Shown: positions 43,621-61,674, counted from the stretch's first letter. The stretch is 64,000 bases of DNA from the human T2T-CHM13v2.0 reference genome, Homo sapiens (GCF_009914755.1 NC_060935.1); one strand, 5' to 3'. Translations and numbers: made by a program. The notes: generated by a model from the sequence alone, not told the origin.

Positions 43621-44531
43621 GGGGAAATTTAAACACTAATATTAAGACATTAATATTTTTTAGGTGAGATAGAAGTATTGCGATTATGTTTTTGTTTTGT
43701 ATGTACTTTTCTGACTTTTGTGTGTGTTTGGAAATGTCCATATTAGAAAAGAATCAAATCTAACAGTATCAACTCAGCAGTACTATGGCAGGGTTAACAG
43801 GCCTATCTACCGAGCCAGTTTAATGTATACTGGGGAAGTGACATTACAGATTCACTGCAAAGAGCTTAGGTTTTGGAATCAGACTCTGCCACTTAAATGC
43901 ACTGGAACCCTGCACAAATCCCTTAACTTGTCAACATCTGTTTTTGCACCTGTGAAACTGGGATATTACTTCCTTGTGTCGCTTTGTGAAGAATAGGTGA
44001 GATAATGTGTATAAAATGTCTGGCACATAGTTGATGCACTAGAAATGTTAATAACCCTGGGGCGGGAGGCGGTGGGGGAACAGGTTTTTTTTCTTTCTTT
44101 TTTTAAATAGAAATGGGGTCTCCCTGTGTTGCCCAGGCTGGTGTTGAACTCCTGGGCTCAAGTGATCTTCCTGTTTCAGCTTCCCAAAAACTGAGATTAC
44201 AGGCTTGAGCTACCATGCCAATTTTTTGTTTCTTGTTTTTACTAAGTTTCAGGGTAGAAGGAAATGAAGGTCACTGTTTTAGATGAATGGGAAAAGGCCC
44301 TTAGAAGTTGTGTGGGAGTTTGGCATTTCCTTCTGACTACTGAGCCTCCCTGTTTATGTTTTCATTCCTTTGTCTTTGCTTATAAAGGCCACTGGTGGCA
44401 AATTTAGTTCTAGGGTCATCTGCTTTAAGAGAAAAAAACTTTCCAGCCTGGGAAACAAAGCGGGACCCCCTATCTCTACACAAATTTTAAAATTAGCCTA
44501 GTGTGGTGGTACACGCCTGTGGTCCCACCTA

Positions 44532-44813
<282 letters not shown>

Positions 44814-45151
44814 TCAATGCAGTTGCAGAATCATATTTCCTTCCTATGTTGATATGTAGGATTTAGTAGCTTAAATAGGTCTAAAAGATACTTAATTAAA
44901 ATAAGTGACCTGGATTTTTTTCCCCCCAGGTTTTAACCTTTTCTATTCTTTTTCTTAGAAGCAAGAAAATATGTTCCACACCCATGATTATGTGATTGTA
45001 TACCCAGGCCTTTTTATCGGTGTGTGTAATAATAAAACTGGTGTTAAAATGTAGTACGTATTTGCCAGCGCGGTGGCTCACGCCTGCAATCCCAACACTT
45101 TGGGAGGCCGAGGCGGGCAGATCACAAGGTCAGAAGTTCAAGACCAGCCTA

Positions 45152-45392
<241 letters not shown>

Positions 45393-45463
45393 CTATATAG
45401 ATACGTATATCTATATATATATTTTTGTACTCTGACTCACAGACACACACTATCAATACATTA

Positions 45464-45697
<234 letters not shown>

Positions 45698-45824
45698 TCA
45701 TTTGTTTGAAATTGTATTTGTAGGATACATGTGACTGCTAGATCATAGGGCAAATGGATTTGTGATTTGGGTAGACAAGAAAAGAGCACCATATTTTTTA
45801 TAACAAATCTAAAAAAGTATCTGA

Positions 45825-46083
<259 letters not shown>

Positions 46084-46189
46084 TGACCTCGTGATCCACC
46101 CGCCTTGGCCTCCCAAAGTGCTGGGATTACAGGCGTGAGCCAGCACGCCCGGCCCAGACTCGCTTTTATAACTGACACACTTAGGATAA

Positions 46190-46345
46190 CAAATCTACTC
46201 CTGCAATAATGACATTAATCAATTCATGGAGGCACGGCCCTCGTGACTTAATCACGTCTTACTAGGTCTCGCCTCCCAACACAGTTCCGTTGGGGTTAAG
46301 TTTCCAACACATGAACGTTAGGGGACCAGTCCAAACCCTAGCAAA
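46190..46345. mobile_element. MaLR (MLT1/MST-like) LTR end fragment
   Basis: cattaatcaattcatggagg...ctcccaacac...gttaagtttccaacacatgaa...caaaccctagca. Confidence 0.65.
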
Positions 46346-47560
46346 TGGCATTTCACAGACAGGCTAGGGATCAGATATTACATCACATTACATAGTTACT
46401 TTCCCATTTCAAATTCCCTTCGTCCCAAGAGCCACTTTGTCTTTTCAGTTGTAAAGCCAGTTTCCCACCTGAAGTTGGTATTATAGTTCCTCATTAGTAC
46501 TCAGGGATATTTACATGTATTCAAAATGAATCTGAAAAGCAGTTATTTAAGTAAGCCGTATGTTAAGAAGTAGGAGGTCTGGAAAAGTGGCTGATACCCA
46601 TAATCCCAACACTTTGGGAGGCTGAGGTGGGAGGATCACTTGAGATCCCAGGAATTCAAGACCTACCTGGACAACATAGCCAGACCTCACATCTGCAAAA
46701 CAAGACATTGGGATTCTGTTTAGAACTGATTGGTGTTTGATGTTTTCAACAGTTGCAAAATGCAAATTTTTAATTTAAAAAACGTATTAAATTGTTTACG
46801 TTAACCTTTTGTATACTGGATATTCTTCAGAATAAACCTATGAACTGCTGAATTATGGCATGTAGAAGTTAAGCAGTTTTTCCTAAATTCATAAACAGCT
46901 GTACAAACACCTAGGATTAGAAAAGGAGATGCTGAGGCTGGGTGTGGTAGCTCACACCTGTAATCCCAGCACTTTGGGAGGCTGAGGTGAGTGGATCACA
47001 AGGTCAGGAGTTCAAGACCAGCCTGGCCAAGATGGTGAAACCCCGTCTCTACTAAAAATACAAAAATTAGCTGAGCACAGTGGCAGGCGCCTGTAATCCC
47101 AGCTACTTGGGAAGCTGAGGCAGGAGAATTGCTTGAACCTGGCGGGGCGGAGGTTGCAGTGAGCCGAGATCACGCCACTGCACTCCAGCCTGGGTGACAG
47201 AATGAGACTCCGTCTCAAAAAAAAAAAAAAAAAAAAAAGAAAAAGAAAAGGAGATGCCAAACCACAATTAGGGCTGTGTCTCAGTGGCGTTTCCCTACAT
47301 AAGGCAAGATGAACGGAAAGTGTTGCCTTCTTACCTGGCACCTCATGAGAGGGTAGTTGTCGCTCTGCTTTGTACCCCAGCTTCCCTTTAATACCGACAG
47401 TAAATTCATATCCCTTGGCCAGGTTTATTTTCTTCATTCTATAAAAATGCCTATTTTAGGAAGCTTACGTATAGTAGCACTTGCTATCTGCTAAGCATTG
47501 TGCTAAGCACTTGGCATGTATCGTCTCATCTTCCTTATTACGTTCGTATGAGATAGATAA

Positions 47561-47779
<219 letters not shown>

Positions 47780-47889
47780 TAGCCAGGATGGTCTCAATCT
47801 CCTGACCTCGTGATCCGCCCGCCTCGGTCTCCCAAAGTGCTGGGATTACAGGCGTGAGCCACTGTGCCTGGCCTTTATCTCTGTTTTGA

Positions 47890-48249
<360 letters not shown>

Positions 48250-49412
48250 TAGTGGATTTTATCTTCCTCAGAAAAGCTCTTTTCTAGTTGGTATATTGGT
48301 ATTTATGTAGAGCTAGAAAGGAAAAATTTTTTCCCTGGTTGGAGTTTTTGTTTTTCTTTTTTCTTTCTTTTTAAAGATCAAATCAATATACAGTAAAATG
48401 CATAGAACTTAAAAGTGTTCAGTTCTATGACTCTTGACAATTTCATCCAGTTTTAAAGCAAGATTAGAGGAAGTCACTTGAACTGTAAGATCTCTTTAGC
48501 ACTTGACAGTATTCAGTGGTGTAATATTGATAATGCTGGTTCTATTTTAGGATACCTTTTTTTATGGCATCTATTGGAAATGTATGAAAACTACTTTATA
48601 CTGATTGGAAGAACAACTTCCAGGCCAAGCGATGGCTGAATTGAGGTTAATGTTTAGTGGAAACCTCAGCAGACTTTGTTTTAGCATAGTCTATACTGTA
48701 CCTACCATAATTATTGAATTATAGATGTTGATCTGTGTCAGCTAATGAGATGAGTTCTTAAAGTCTCATTGGTCCTACTCTGTGATTTTTGTAATGTTTT
48801 TTCCTACACTTTGTTTTCCTCAGGAATCTGCCTTTATGTCCAATTTAGAGCCCAACTAAATAGAGTTGAATAGACAAGTGATTTGCCTGCTGGCATTCAG
48901 TACTACAGTATTGCCCCTGCCAGAGTGGTAGCTGAAATACCACTCTTGTGGTTTTGCTGACCTTGATGGCAGGATTTAAAGGGAATTGAATTTAGAGAAA
49001 AGCTGCCCCATGAAGACTAGTTTTCTCTGGTCCAAGTGTCTTCCGCCTACGCCCTCATATTCTGTATGGTCAGCTCCTTCTTCATTTATAACTCTCAACC
49101 TAGGGATCCCCTCCTGAGAGACCTTCTCTGACCATCCTATTTAAATTGGATACTTATTTTTTTTATCCAGTCTCTTGTCCGTTTCCTTTGTAGCACTTAG
49201 TATTAACTTGCAGCTTTTTTTTTTTTTTTTTGAGAGACAGTTTCGCTCTTGTTGCCCTGGGTTCAAGTGATTCTCCTGCCTCACCCTCCTGAGTAGCTGG
49301 GATTACAGGCATGTGCCACAACGCCCGGCTAATTTTGTATTTTTGGTAGAGACGGGGTTTCTCCATGTTGGTCAGGCTAGTCTCAAACTCCTGACCTCAG
49401 GTGATCTGCTAA

Positions 49413-49800
<388 letters not shown>

Positions 49801-50999
49801 TGACTGTTTACCCCATAGGAATAGTAACTTCACTTGGATAGGTATCATGTTAGTCTTTCTTACCCTCATAACTCAAATACAACCCTCATGTCTCAAATAT
49901 GACAGTTAGGTGCTTGGTAAATATTTTTTTGATTAATAAATGATTGGGCTGGGCACAGCAGCTCAGGCCTGTAACCCCAGCACTTTGGGAAGCTGAGGCG
50001 GGAGGATCACTTGAGCCTAGTTCAAGACCAACCTGGGCATCATAGCAAGACCCCATCTCTACAAAAAGTTTAAAAATTAGCCGGGCATGGTGGTGTTTGC
50101 CTGTGGTCCCAGCTACTTGGGAGGCTGAAGCAGGACGATCGATTGAGCTGAGGCAGTCGAGGCTACAGTGAGTTGTGATCACACTGTTGCACTCCAGCCT
50201 GGGTGACAGCATAAGATCATGTCTCTAAATAAATAGGCTGGGCACAGTGGTTCACGTCTGTAATCCCAGCATTTTGGGTGGCCGAGGTGGGTGGATCACT
50301 TGAGGTCAGGATTTTGAGACCAGCCTGTCCAACATGGTGAAACCCCGTCTTTACTAAGAATACAAAAACTAGCTGGGAGTGGTGGTGCACGCCTGTAATC
50401 CCAGTTACTTGGGAGGCTGAGGCAGGAGAATCATTTGAACCCAGGAGGCAGAGGTTTCAGTGAGCCAAGATTGCGCCACTGTGCTCCAATCTGGGCAACA
50501 GACCAAGACTCTGTCTAAAAACAAACAAACAAATGATTGAAATTTTAAAACTAGCAGCTTCTATGCTATTTGTGATAAAATTTCCAAAGATTATGACCAA
50601 GTGTGTTCATGGATATCAGAAGCATAAGGACCTTTTAAAAGCTGAGGATATCTATCACATTTGATGTTTTCCTTCTCATTTCATCCTTGGGCCTCAAGAT
50701 TTGCATTGTATTTTCAGCCCACATTAGGGGCAGTGTTGCAGTCTAATGGTTAAAGACATTGACTGGTAGTCAGAATGGGGCCTAGTAACATTCAAATTCT
50801 AAATCTCGGTGCCTCTTGACTACTTTCCTGATTCATAGCCTATTTCTCCAAAATGTGATAAGAATAAATGTATGCTGTCTCCAGTCCTTGGGAAAATGGA
50901 GCCATGGAATCAGGTGGCTATTGCATTCGCTGTTGTCTAAATGATTGTTCTTCGCTGGCAGCCTTTTAGGTTCCTCAGAGGTGACTGAAGTGATTTTTC

Positions 51000-51490
51000 T
51001 ATCACTTATCTATTGCTGTACAAGTAATGGCCGTGAAACTTTGTGGCTTGTAACAACAAATATCTTATCTGCCCATGATAAAGTATATTAACAATTTGAA
51101 CTGGGCTCAGTGACTCAGCCAGGCATTTTTTCTGCTGATTTTTGCACCCTCTTCACATACCTGCAGACATCTGATGGCCGCACCAGGGCTGAGTGATATA
51201 AGGGGACCATACTTCCCTGCAAGCAATTGGCCAGGCCATATATGTCCCAGCAGGCTAGCCCAGGCTTCTTCACTTTCTTCGCATGGCAGCTGGATTCCAA
51301 AAGTAACACAAGAGAAGTAAGACTTCTTGTGCCAACACTTTTCAAGCTTCTGCTTGTGTGTGTTTGCTAGTATCCCATTGGCTAAAAGCAAGCCATGTGG
51401 TTAGCCTGGAGTCACTCCGAAGAGGGGCCACACAAGGGCCTGGATACAGAGGCTTGATTTCTTGGGGCGATCACTGAAGCAGTTGTCCAT
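51000..51490. mobile_element. Old MLT1-like LTR remnant
   Basis: ttatctattgctgt...aacaacaaatatcttatc...tttgctagtatcccattggctaaagcaagccatgtgg. Confidence 0.6.
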
Positions 51491-51730
51491 AGCTCTCATG
51501 CATGCCACCAGTGCAAAGGGTCCCTGTTGTTTCTGCAAATTATGACAAATTGTGATTTTTGATGCTTACTTTCAAAGAGAAATCACCAAATTTGTTGCCA
51601 TCATTCTTGACAGTCATTCCTGAAGTGGAAACTTAGACCACATCAGGTTTTGCATTCTTGTCCTATATCATGAAGCTAGAGAGTTTATGTCAGAAGTCTA
51701 GTCCTCAAAACAGCCTCTTGCCCATTGTGA

Positions 51731-52015
<285 letters not shown>

Positions 52016-52038
52016 TGAAAACGGAAGGTCAGGGGCTA

Positions 52039-52149
<111 letters not shown>

Positions 52150-53164
52150 TTACAAAAATAAAATTAGCTAGGCATCATGGTGCATGCTGTCCCAGCTACT
52201 TGGGAGGCTGAGGCAGGAAGATTAGTTGAGACTAGGAATATAAGGCTGTAGTGAGCTGTGTCTAGAGCCACTGCACTCCAGCTTGGGTGACAGAGCAAGG
52301 CCCTATCTCTAAAAAAAGAAAGAAACTGGAAAGTCAGACGTTCTTCCTGTGCTTCTTAACTTATGGGTGTGCATGCTGTCTAGGAAATGTAGAATTTCTC
52401 TTAAGGTGTCAAACCCTATGATCTTTGTTTGTACTTAATTGACAACCAGCAGATGGCATGTCATCATTGGCATCATCTTCACATACAAAGGATACATTAG
52501 TACCCTTTATCATCATTTGGTTTATTAATAGCCCTCTCTGTGTCAGAAATAATTGAGGCAGCTTCTTAACAAACCAACCACTACTAGAGAATACATTCTA
52601 AAGAGACTTTGTATAAATGGCAATGGGCTTATATTGAATTAACCACATTTATTCACACTTACTCTTTGTGAAAAGCTTATTGATCTTTTGGGATGCACAT
52701 TTTCGACTTGTTCAGATAAACATGTTCAAACCAGAAGTATTCGCTGCCCCCAGCTCTAAGAATCTTGTTTGCTGTTTTCAGGACTGGGTCATATAGATTA
52801 TAGCATCTTTTAATAATGAGGCAAAAGACCGAGAAAATGTATTGTCTAAAGCACAAGGGACTTTTTTTTCTTTTTACCCATTCTTTCCCAACATCTGCCA
52901 TAACTGCATCCATCTCTGACATTGAGTGATCCCTTAGGCAGTCATTTCTGTGTTTTTGTGTGTGTATATGTATACACACACACACACATACTGATGTTCT
53001 AAGTATCAAACGCCTTTCCTTGAGCAAATCCGATGATGGAAGTATCTTCTCTGGTGATTCACAGTTCAGTTTGTGAGACAAAGGCAAATATGGTCCAGAA
53101 ATGGAAGGATTAAGATATATGAAGACCTACTCTTTGCACAATGACCTCTGGGCACATAAATCTA

Positions 53165-53701
<537 letters not shown>

Positions 53702-53938
53702 TCACACCACTACACTCTAGCCCAGGTGAAAGAGTGAGACTCCGTCTCAAAAAATATATAAAGCATAAAAAATAAAGAAGTAAACTACTGCACCAGTACA
53801 CTGACACCAGCTCTATGAAACGCTGATTAGAGAGCCTACAGAAGAATGGCAGGTAAAGATAAAATTTTAGACCAATCATCAAGTTACAGCAATAAGCAAG
53901 AGATCACACTCCTTGATGGGACATACCAACCCACTTAA

Positions 53939-54400
<462 letters not shown>

Positions 54401-56878
54401 TGATGTGATGGGCAAAATAGTTGCCAAGATGAGGAATGTAATGACTGACCAAATTGTAAAGGAGGCCACAGTCTTCAGGTTAGACTAAAGTGCCACTTGG
54501 ATTATGGGAAGACAGACAAAAAGGAATACTTGAGCAGTTCAATATAGACATAGGAAGAATGAAGAAAACAGATGTTCAGCCTCACTAGTTATCAATGAAA
54601 TGCAGTTTGAATTTAGATTACAAAATAGCGAAGAAAGATCACCCAATTTTGGCTAAGGCTGTGAGAAAATAAATTTATTCATGGAGTATTTGTGGAAAGG
54701 TAAAGTTAGTACAACTTTTATGACCATAAATTAGAAGATGTAACAAAAATTTTCAAATCTTTGACCTAGAAATCCCATCAAAACAATTTATCCTAGAAGT
54801 TTCTCATAAGGAGATAATTGGATGATTGCACAATCACACAATTGTACAAAGATGCATGCGTGGGAATGTAATTTCCATTGAATGTAGTGGCAAAAAATTG
54901 GAAGGATCCTAAAATTGGTGGAGATTCTACAGATATGCCAATATTTATTTAATTGATGAAATACAATGAAACCATAGAAGGGAAAGTGTTTTCATTGCCA
55001 TAAAAAAAAAAGTTAGAGACATATGAGTAAAGGAAGAAAAAGCAGGTTGTAAATACCATGGTCAGCTATATTCATATAGAATTGTACATTTTTTTTTTTT
55101 TTTTTGGTGCGTGTAGAAATGTATCTGGAATGTTTACTAAATTAAGTGGCTATCTTTAGTAGGATTTAAAGTGTTGATTTTTTGGTTTCTGTATTGGCAT
55201 TTTCTATGATGATTATGTATTATATTTACAAACAGAAAACTTACTTTTAGAAATGCTATTTGGAAACGGATAATGGTGATATTCAAGTCAGAGGATAGGG
55301 GTATCATACACTTGATATTTTACCTCCACATTCTAACAATAAAGAGCAAAATGGTGATTAAAGATTCAGCTGATTAGTGGCTGCAGGCAAATTCCCAGTA
55401 ACCGCACAAAACACAAACATTTTTGGTATCAGCTAAACTGAAGAATGCTTTTTCAAAACCTCACATTGCCAGGCTCCAGAGTATGGCTAGTGTGACTCAT
55501 CCATCTAATTCCAAAAAAACTTGGCTGTTGTGCACAGAATATTTCCTGAAAACTTATGTAAGTATTTTCATTGTCAACCTGAATGCATCTTAGGAGGGCA
55601 AAAGTACAGGTAATTTGTCCTGTAATCCCAACACTGTGGGAGGCCCAGGTGGGAGGATCACTTGAGGCCAGGAGTTCAAGATGAGTGTGAGCAACATAGT
55701 GAGAACCTGTCTCTGCAAAAAATTAGCCAGGTGTGGTGGCACACACCTGTAGTCCAGCTGCTTGGGAGGTTGAGGCAGGAGGATCACTTGAGCCCAGGAG
55801 TTGGAGTCTGCAGTGAGCTATGATTGCATCACTGCCCTACAGTCTGAGCAATAAAGCAAGACGCTGTTTCTAAAATAAATAACATACAGGTAATTTAATA
55901 AACATAAAGCAGTTTTCCTAAATCAAATCATCCCCAGATTTCTTAACTGAATCAGATGGCTTCAAGTAGAATTCTCCTGTAATGAAAAATTACACAGCTT
56001 CTTCCATGGCTATGCTTTGATGGAACCAGACTTTTAAAAGCCATCACCACATGAACAAGTCTCATTTGTGAAAACTATTTACTATTCTTTGTTGGAAATG
56101 AGTTTTTCTGGTGTCCTGCAGTGTTCTAGACTCTCCTGCTGTTGTTTGCCCACACTTGAGACTTTGAGAAGGCTTTTCTGTTGCACATGTTGTTTTCATT
56201 AACAAGACATACATATCCAAGTTCTACATATTTCTTTTGATCTATATGCTGAGGAAAGATGCTAAAGTTTAAAACAGCAAAATCCGTCTGCATAACTGTT
56301 TCTGTTGCACTAAATCTTAGCAAAAAATAAATATGTCTTTAGACTGTTGCGTTACATAACAAAGAAGCAGTAAGGTTCCTTAGTGCACTAAGATTGCTCT
56401 AAGGAACCTTAACTGCTATTGTGGAATGGCACAAATTCTTTTATTAGCTGTGTAGGCTTCCTACCAGAGTAGCTTTCCCCGAAGTTACCCATCATTAAGG
56501 TGTTCTGTATCTTTAAACAAAATCAAGGATTTTCAGTATGGCCAGAGTGCTTTATGGGAATGGTCAGCTGAGTTTGTCATGTGAAATGTAGTAGAGCAGT
56601 TTCAGGTTAAAACATCATTTCATTTTGAAACGAGTCAACCTTATCTTTCACCCTTGCATAATGTTTTGAGTCTCTGTAGATATAGACTAATAAGAGGTTA
56701 CACGTCTTTTGCTGTTATTTTGTTTTTTAACACTGAACATTTGCTATGTGCCTGGCATTGTGCTGTATACTCACTTTTGCATAGTGGAAATTAATTGTCT
56801 TCAAAGGATTCTATAGTATGTAGTTACACATATTTTGGAAAAATCAAGCAGTGGGAAAAAGAAAAATAATTCTTATAA

Positions 56879-57034
<156 letters not shown>

Positions 57035-57149
57035 TGAGTGGCTGGAACTATAGGCGCCCACCACCATGCCCGGCTAATTTTTTGTATTTTTAGTAGAGAT
57101 GGGGTTTCACCATGTTGGCCAGGATGGTCTCGGTCTCCTGACCTCATGA

Positions 57150-57410
<261 letters not shown>

Positions 57411-58309
57411 TAGCCAGGATGGTCTCGATCTCCTGACCTCGTGATCCACCCACCTCAGCCTCCCAAAGTGCTGGGATTACAGGCGTGAGCCACTGTGCCA
57501 GCTTTATTTTTATTTTATTATTATTACTATTTTTGATACAGGGTCTTGCTTTTTCACCCAGGCTGCAGTACAATGGCACAGTCATGGCTCACCACAGCCT
57601 TGACCTCCCCGGGCTCAGGCGATCCTCCCACCTCAGCCTCCCGAGTAGCTGAGACTAAAGGCACATACCACAATGCCCAGCTAATTTTTGTATTTTTTGT
57701 AGAGATGGGGTTTCGCCATGTTGCCCAGGCTGTTCTCAGTCTCCTAAGTGCAAGCAATCCTCCCACCTCAGCTTCCCAAAGTTCTGGGATTATAGGTGTG
57801 AGCCACAGCACCTGGCCTTGGTACATTTCTGATGAAGTTTTCCCTGTGCTTTTATTCATAGTTGTAAACAAAATATAGTGATTTTTTTTTTTTTTGGTCC
57901 TTTGAAAATTCAGTAGTGGATTGTACATTTTCCCACATCCCTATCTTCATAACCACTATTTTAATTGACTTTTATATTCCAGTAGGGGTGTTACAGTTTA
58001 CCTAATTATTCCTGTTAGGCAACGTCTGATATTTTTTTTGCCAGTTTTTTGTAAGTCATGTTGTGAAAATAACATCTGTATCTCTTCAGTTTTTCCAGTA
58101 ATTTCCTTGATGAGTTCTCACTGTAATCAGGTCAAAGATCAGGAACATTTCAGTAATTTATAAATACTGCTAAATTGTTTTCTACGAGGGTAATATCAAT
58201 TTGTATATTTGAGTACCATGCCTGTTTATACTGTAATTGACCATATTTCTAATGACTATTTTCTTCCATGTGTTCAGCTTTTTACTTTTTCTGAACTATT
58301 ATCTATGCC

Positions 58310-58490
58310 AAGTGTTATCCAGTAGAATTTCCTGCAGTCATAAAAATACTGTATAATCTTCACTGTCTAGTATCATAGTTAGGAGCCACATGTGGCTGGT
58401 GCACCGTTGAAATGTGGCCAGTGTGACTGAGGAATGGAATTTTTAATTTGAAACCAAGTAGCTGCATATGGCTAGTGCTACCGTATTTTA
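58310..58490. mobile_element. MER3-like hAT MITE
   Basis: tccagtagaatttcctgc...agccacatgtggc...ttgaaatgtggccagtgtgactgaggaa...atatggctagtgctacc. Confidence 0.7.
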
Positions 58491-58868
58491 TTTTGTGGGA
58501 GTATTCTGCTGCTTTTCACTCTTCTATTTGAAGTTGCTCACTCACATGCCATTTGCCCATCCCTGGTGAGATTGAATTTTTACCGAAACTTGGCCCTCTA
58601 GACTGTTTAGGGACAGCAGACACATGTTGCCTGTATGTAAAATGTAAAATGTAAAATGTAAAATGTTTTGTCTACAAGCAATCGTAGTGCACTGTGGAAA
58701 CTCACTGCTTCCCTGTTAGGTAATGCAAGTCTAAAGACTACTCCAGTTTATCCTCTCTGCCTCCTTATCTTCTCAATGATTGTTTCATTTCTAAATGCCC
58801 ATTCCTTTTCAGTCGTACCATATGTCCTCATCTCCCTTTAGTTTTCTTTTTGCTATTAATAGTTTTAG

Positions 58869-59003
<135 letters not shown>

Positions 59004-59168
59004 TAGCAGAAAGTCTTTCTAGGTCCTTGGTTAAGAATATAGAGAATGTTACTTTGGACCTCACATTGCCAAATTTTAAAAAACACTGTAGAGAATGATT
59101 TTCCTCTCCTACCCATTAAGGATTCTATCTTTTCCTATCAAGTCTATTACAATCTAGTGCAGTGATCA

Positions 59169-59330
<162 letters not shown>

Positions 59331-59603
59331 CTAGGTCTGGTGCTGTGTGCCTATAGTCCCGGCTACTGGCTGAGGTAGGAGGATTGCTTGAGCCCAGTGA
59401 GCTGATTGTGCCACTGCATTTGAGCCTGGGTGACAAAGACCTTGTCTCTAAAAAGTAAATAAAATTTTAAATAAATTACAAGATTCCTAGAATCTCCTGT
59501 CTTGCCTTCTGAAGGGTTAGGATTGACTTAAGTATCTGCAGCTTCCAATGTATAAACCTGTTTTGTGAAACTTCATTTTGTTCTCTTTTCTTTCTCCCTA
59601 CAG

Positions 59604-59617
59604 GCTGTAGTACATGA
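59604..59617 (+). CDS. FAM118B: FAM118B exon 9 coding part: (G)CST*
   Basis: Long pyrimidine tract plus CAG acceptor ending at 59603; TGA at 59615-59617; total CDS 1056 nt = 351 aa. Confidence 0.93.
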
Positions 59618-59827
59618 GCGAGCTAGAGAAATCACCACCGTTTAGACCAAGCTGTAAGGCCCTACTACAGACAGTGTTTAACAAGTAAACTTACAAGAAC
59701 CCAACACAATTCCCAGAAAGTAACAATAGCCAGAGGTTGAAGGGCGGGGTAGAAGAGGGGGGAATGTTGCAGCGTAATCCTTCATACCACCTGGTTCTTG
59801 ATATTCTGCCGCCTGTTCAAGTTCAAG

Positions 59828-59833
59828 AATAAA
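59828..59833 (+). terminator. Candidate proximal poly(A) signal AATAAA of FAM118B
   Basis: AATAAA about 210 nt after the stop codon; usage unproven. Confidence 0.4.
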
Positions 59834-60110
59834 AGCGACAGCAGGACCCAAATGCAGCTCCCAACCCACTCCCCAGGCTAGACATGCTTGTGTCCACACA
59901 GCACACCAATGTGATACTTCCACTGACCGGCTGCAGCTCTGCATGAAGGACTCGGGGTCTGGATGCCATGGAATCACTGTGGCTCTTGTTGCAGTTTTGT
60001 ACTCTATACTTGGTTTTTCAATTAAGCTTAATGGCTTTTTTAAAACATGACTTGAAGCTCTAGTTTTCTAGATCTTTTACAGTGTACAGTATTTTACATA
60101 ACTAAGCTGT

Positions 60111-60116
60111 ATTAAA
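60111..60116 (+). terminator. Candidate poly(A) signal ATTAAA of FAM118B
   Basis: ATTAAA preceded by TGTA motifs and a U-rich region. Confidence 0.55.
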
Positions 60117-60421
60117 AGCTTGTTCATTTACTTGCCAGGACCCTGGCTCTACTTTTAGAGTCATTGTAAGAAACTCTAACTTGCATCAAGGTACTAATAA
60201 GCTTAATTTTAATAACCCAAAGTTTAAAGGTTCCGATCTTTCTCCTTGGGGTGGAGTGATCTCATTCTCAGGACAACCGTTTACTTACCTGATTCCTCGG
60301 AGCATTATCAACTTCTGCTCTGTTGTCCTGACCATACATATGTCCTAGAACTACAGTTAAGTGTGTTGTGGAATTTTAGTTTTGAATCCTGTATAAAAGA
60401 ACTCCAAGACCTAAAAGGCAA

Positions 60422-60440
60422 TTTATTTATGAAATTTATT
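60422..60440 (-). terminator. Candidate distal poly(A) signals of SRPRA (AATAAA x2 on the minus strand)
   Basis: TTTATT on the plus strand at 60422-60427 and 60435-60440; another at 60774-60779. Confidence 0.5.
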
Positions 60441-61399
60441 TTCTTATATAAATTACTTATTTCTCTGGGCAGACAGCCTTCACCTTATTGCACTAATAGC
60501 ACATCTGTAATATCAAGCTACAGGACAAGTCTTAACAAGAGGTTTGTGTTCTTCAATGTAGCACTTGTCTACCAGGCACTGTAGAGGGGAGTGATGAGGA
60601 AAAGCCAGGACTGCTTAGGAGGTGAAGGATGGGAGGGGAGGGGGTCATCATACATCCTTCTGACAATTGGTTTCCTCCCAGGAAGGGGAACATGCAGAGC
60701 TTACTTCTGGATTCTGGGAGTGGGAAGAGTTGGGAGGCCAAGAAGCCCAATGCAACGCTGCAGCTGAGCTCCTTTTATTTCTGAGGGAAGCAAGGACTCA
60801 TCTTTTGCTCATTTGTAACAAATCACTCCAGCCTAGCTGATGCTTTGGGGTAAACAATGGAGTAGGAGTCATCATCAGAATTAGAATTAGCAGCAATTAA
60901 CAGGCAATACACTGCCACAGTGAGGCGGGTGTCATCCAGGTCCTGGGGACCTGCAGGCTGTGTATCCTAGGGAGAGGTGCCATTCAAGACCTGGCGCTGG
61001 CTCTGGAAGAGTCTCTTAACCTAATGCAGCTGGGACTCATTAGGCTCAGACGGCTCTTGACCACACTAATTATTAGCAAAGCTCTGGTGTTGGGTTCCAA
61101 CCATTGGTCAAAGCTGTAATAAGACTGAGTCTGTAGGCAGAGTGAAGGGGGTGCCTGAGTAGGAAGGGGGAGGCCCGCTGGGAGAGGGTCAGTGGGCAGT
61201 GATTGTAACATGATTAGGCCTTCCTTGCAGATGGCGGCTGTGCTGAACGGGGAGTGGGGTTGGAAGGAGCCACAAGCCCCCTCACTCTGCCTTTGTACTA
61301 CACTGAAGACAGGTTGCTCACATACTCTAAAGCACATTCTTGATACAGGAAGAAGGGCTTGTGGGGAAAGCGGCGATTTGGTATTGGGCAAGAGCCACG

Positions 61400-61528
61400 T
61401 TAAGCCTTCATGAGGGCAGCCACCACAGCCTTGGCATTGAGGCTGCGTAGGTCACAGTAGGTCTGGCCGGTGCCCACAAAGACGATGGGTTTGCTTGTGA
61501 TGTACGTCATAGAAATAGCAGCTCCCAC
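61400..61528 (-). CDS. SRPRA: SRPRA last coding exon: [42 protein letters not shown]
   Basis: SRP-GTPase G5 motif GTGQ; TAA at 61400-61402; AG acceptor at 61529-61530. Confidence 0.97.
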   Translation of the reverse strand: MGAAISMTYITSKPIVFVGTGQTYCDLRSLNAKAVVAALMKA

Positions 61529-61674
61529 CTAAGTGGAGAAAGAGGACAGCCCATCAACACAAGCCCACTTTTCACTCACCCTCTCAGGAACAGGAAGCGC
61601 TGGAGCCAAGATTTCCTTGCAGCCTCAGCTCCTTTGTGCAGGACGCCCATTCCAGCCTCCAGTCTCACGTTTAC

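Noticed and set aside
59604-59617. C-terminal prenylation (CaaX) motif in FAM118B ...RGCST
   Set aside because: The Cys is third from the end, not fourth.
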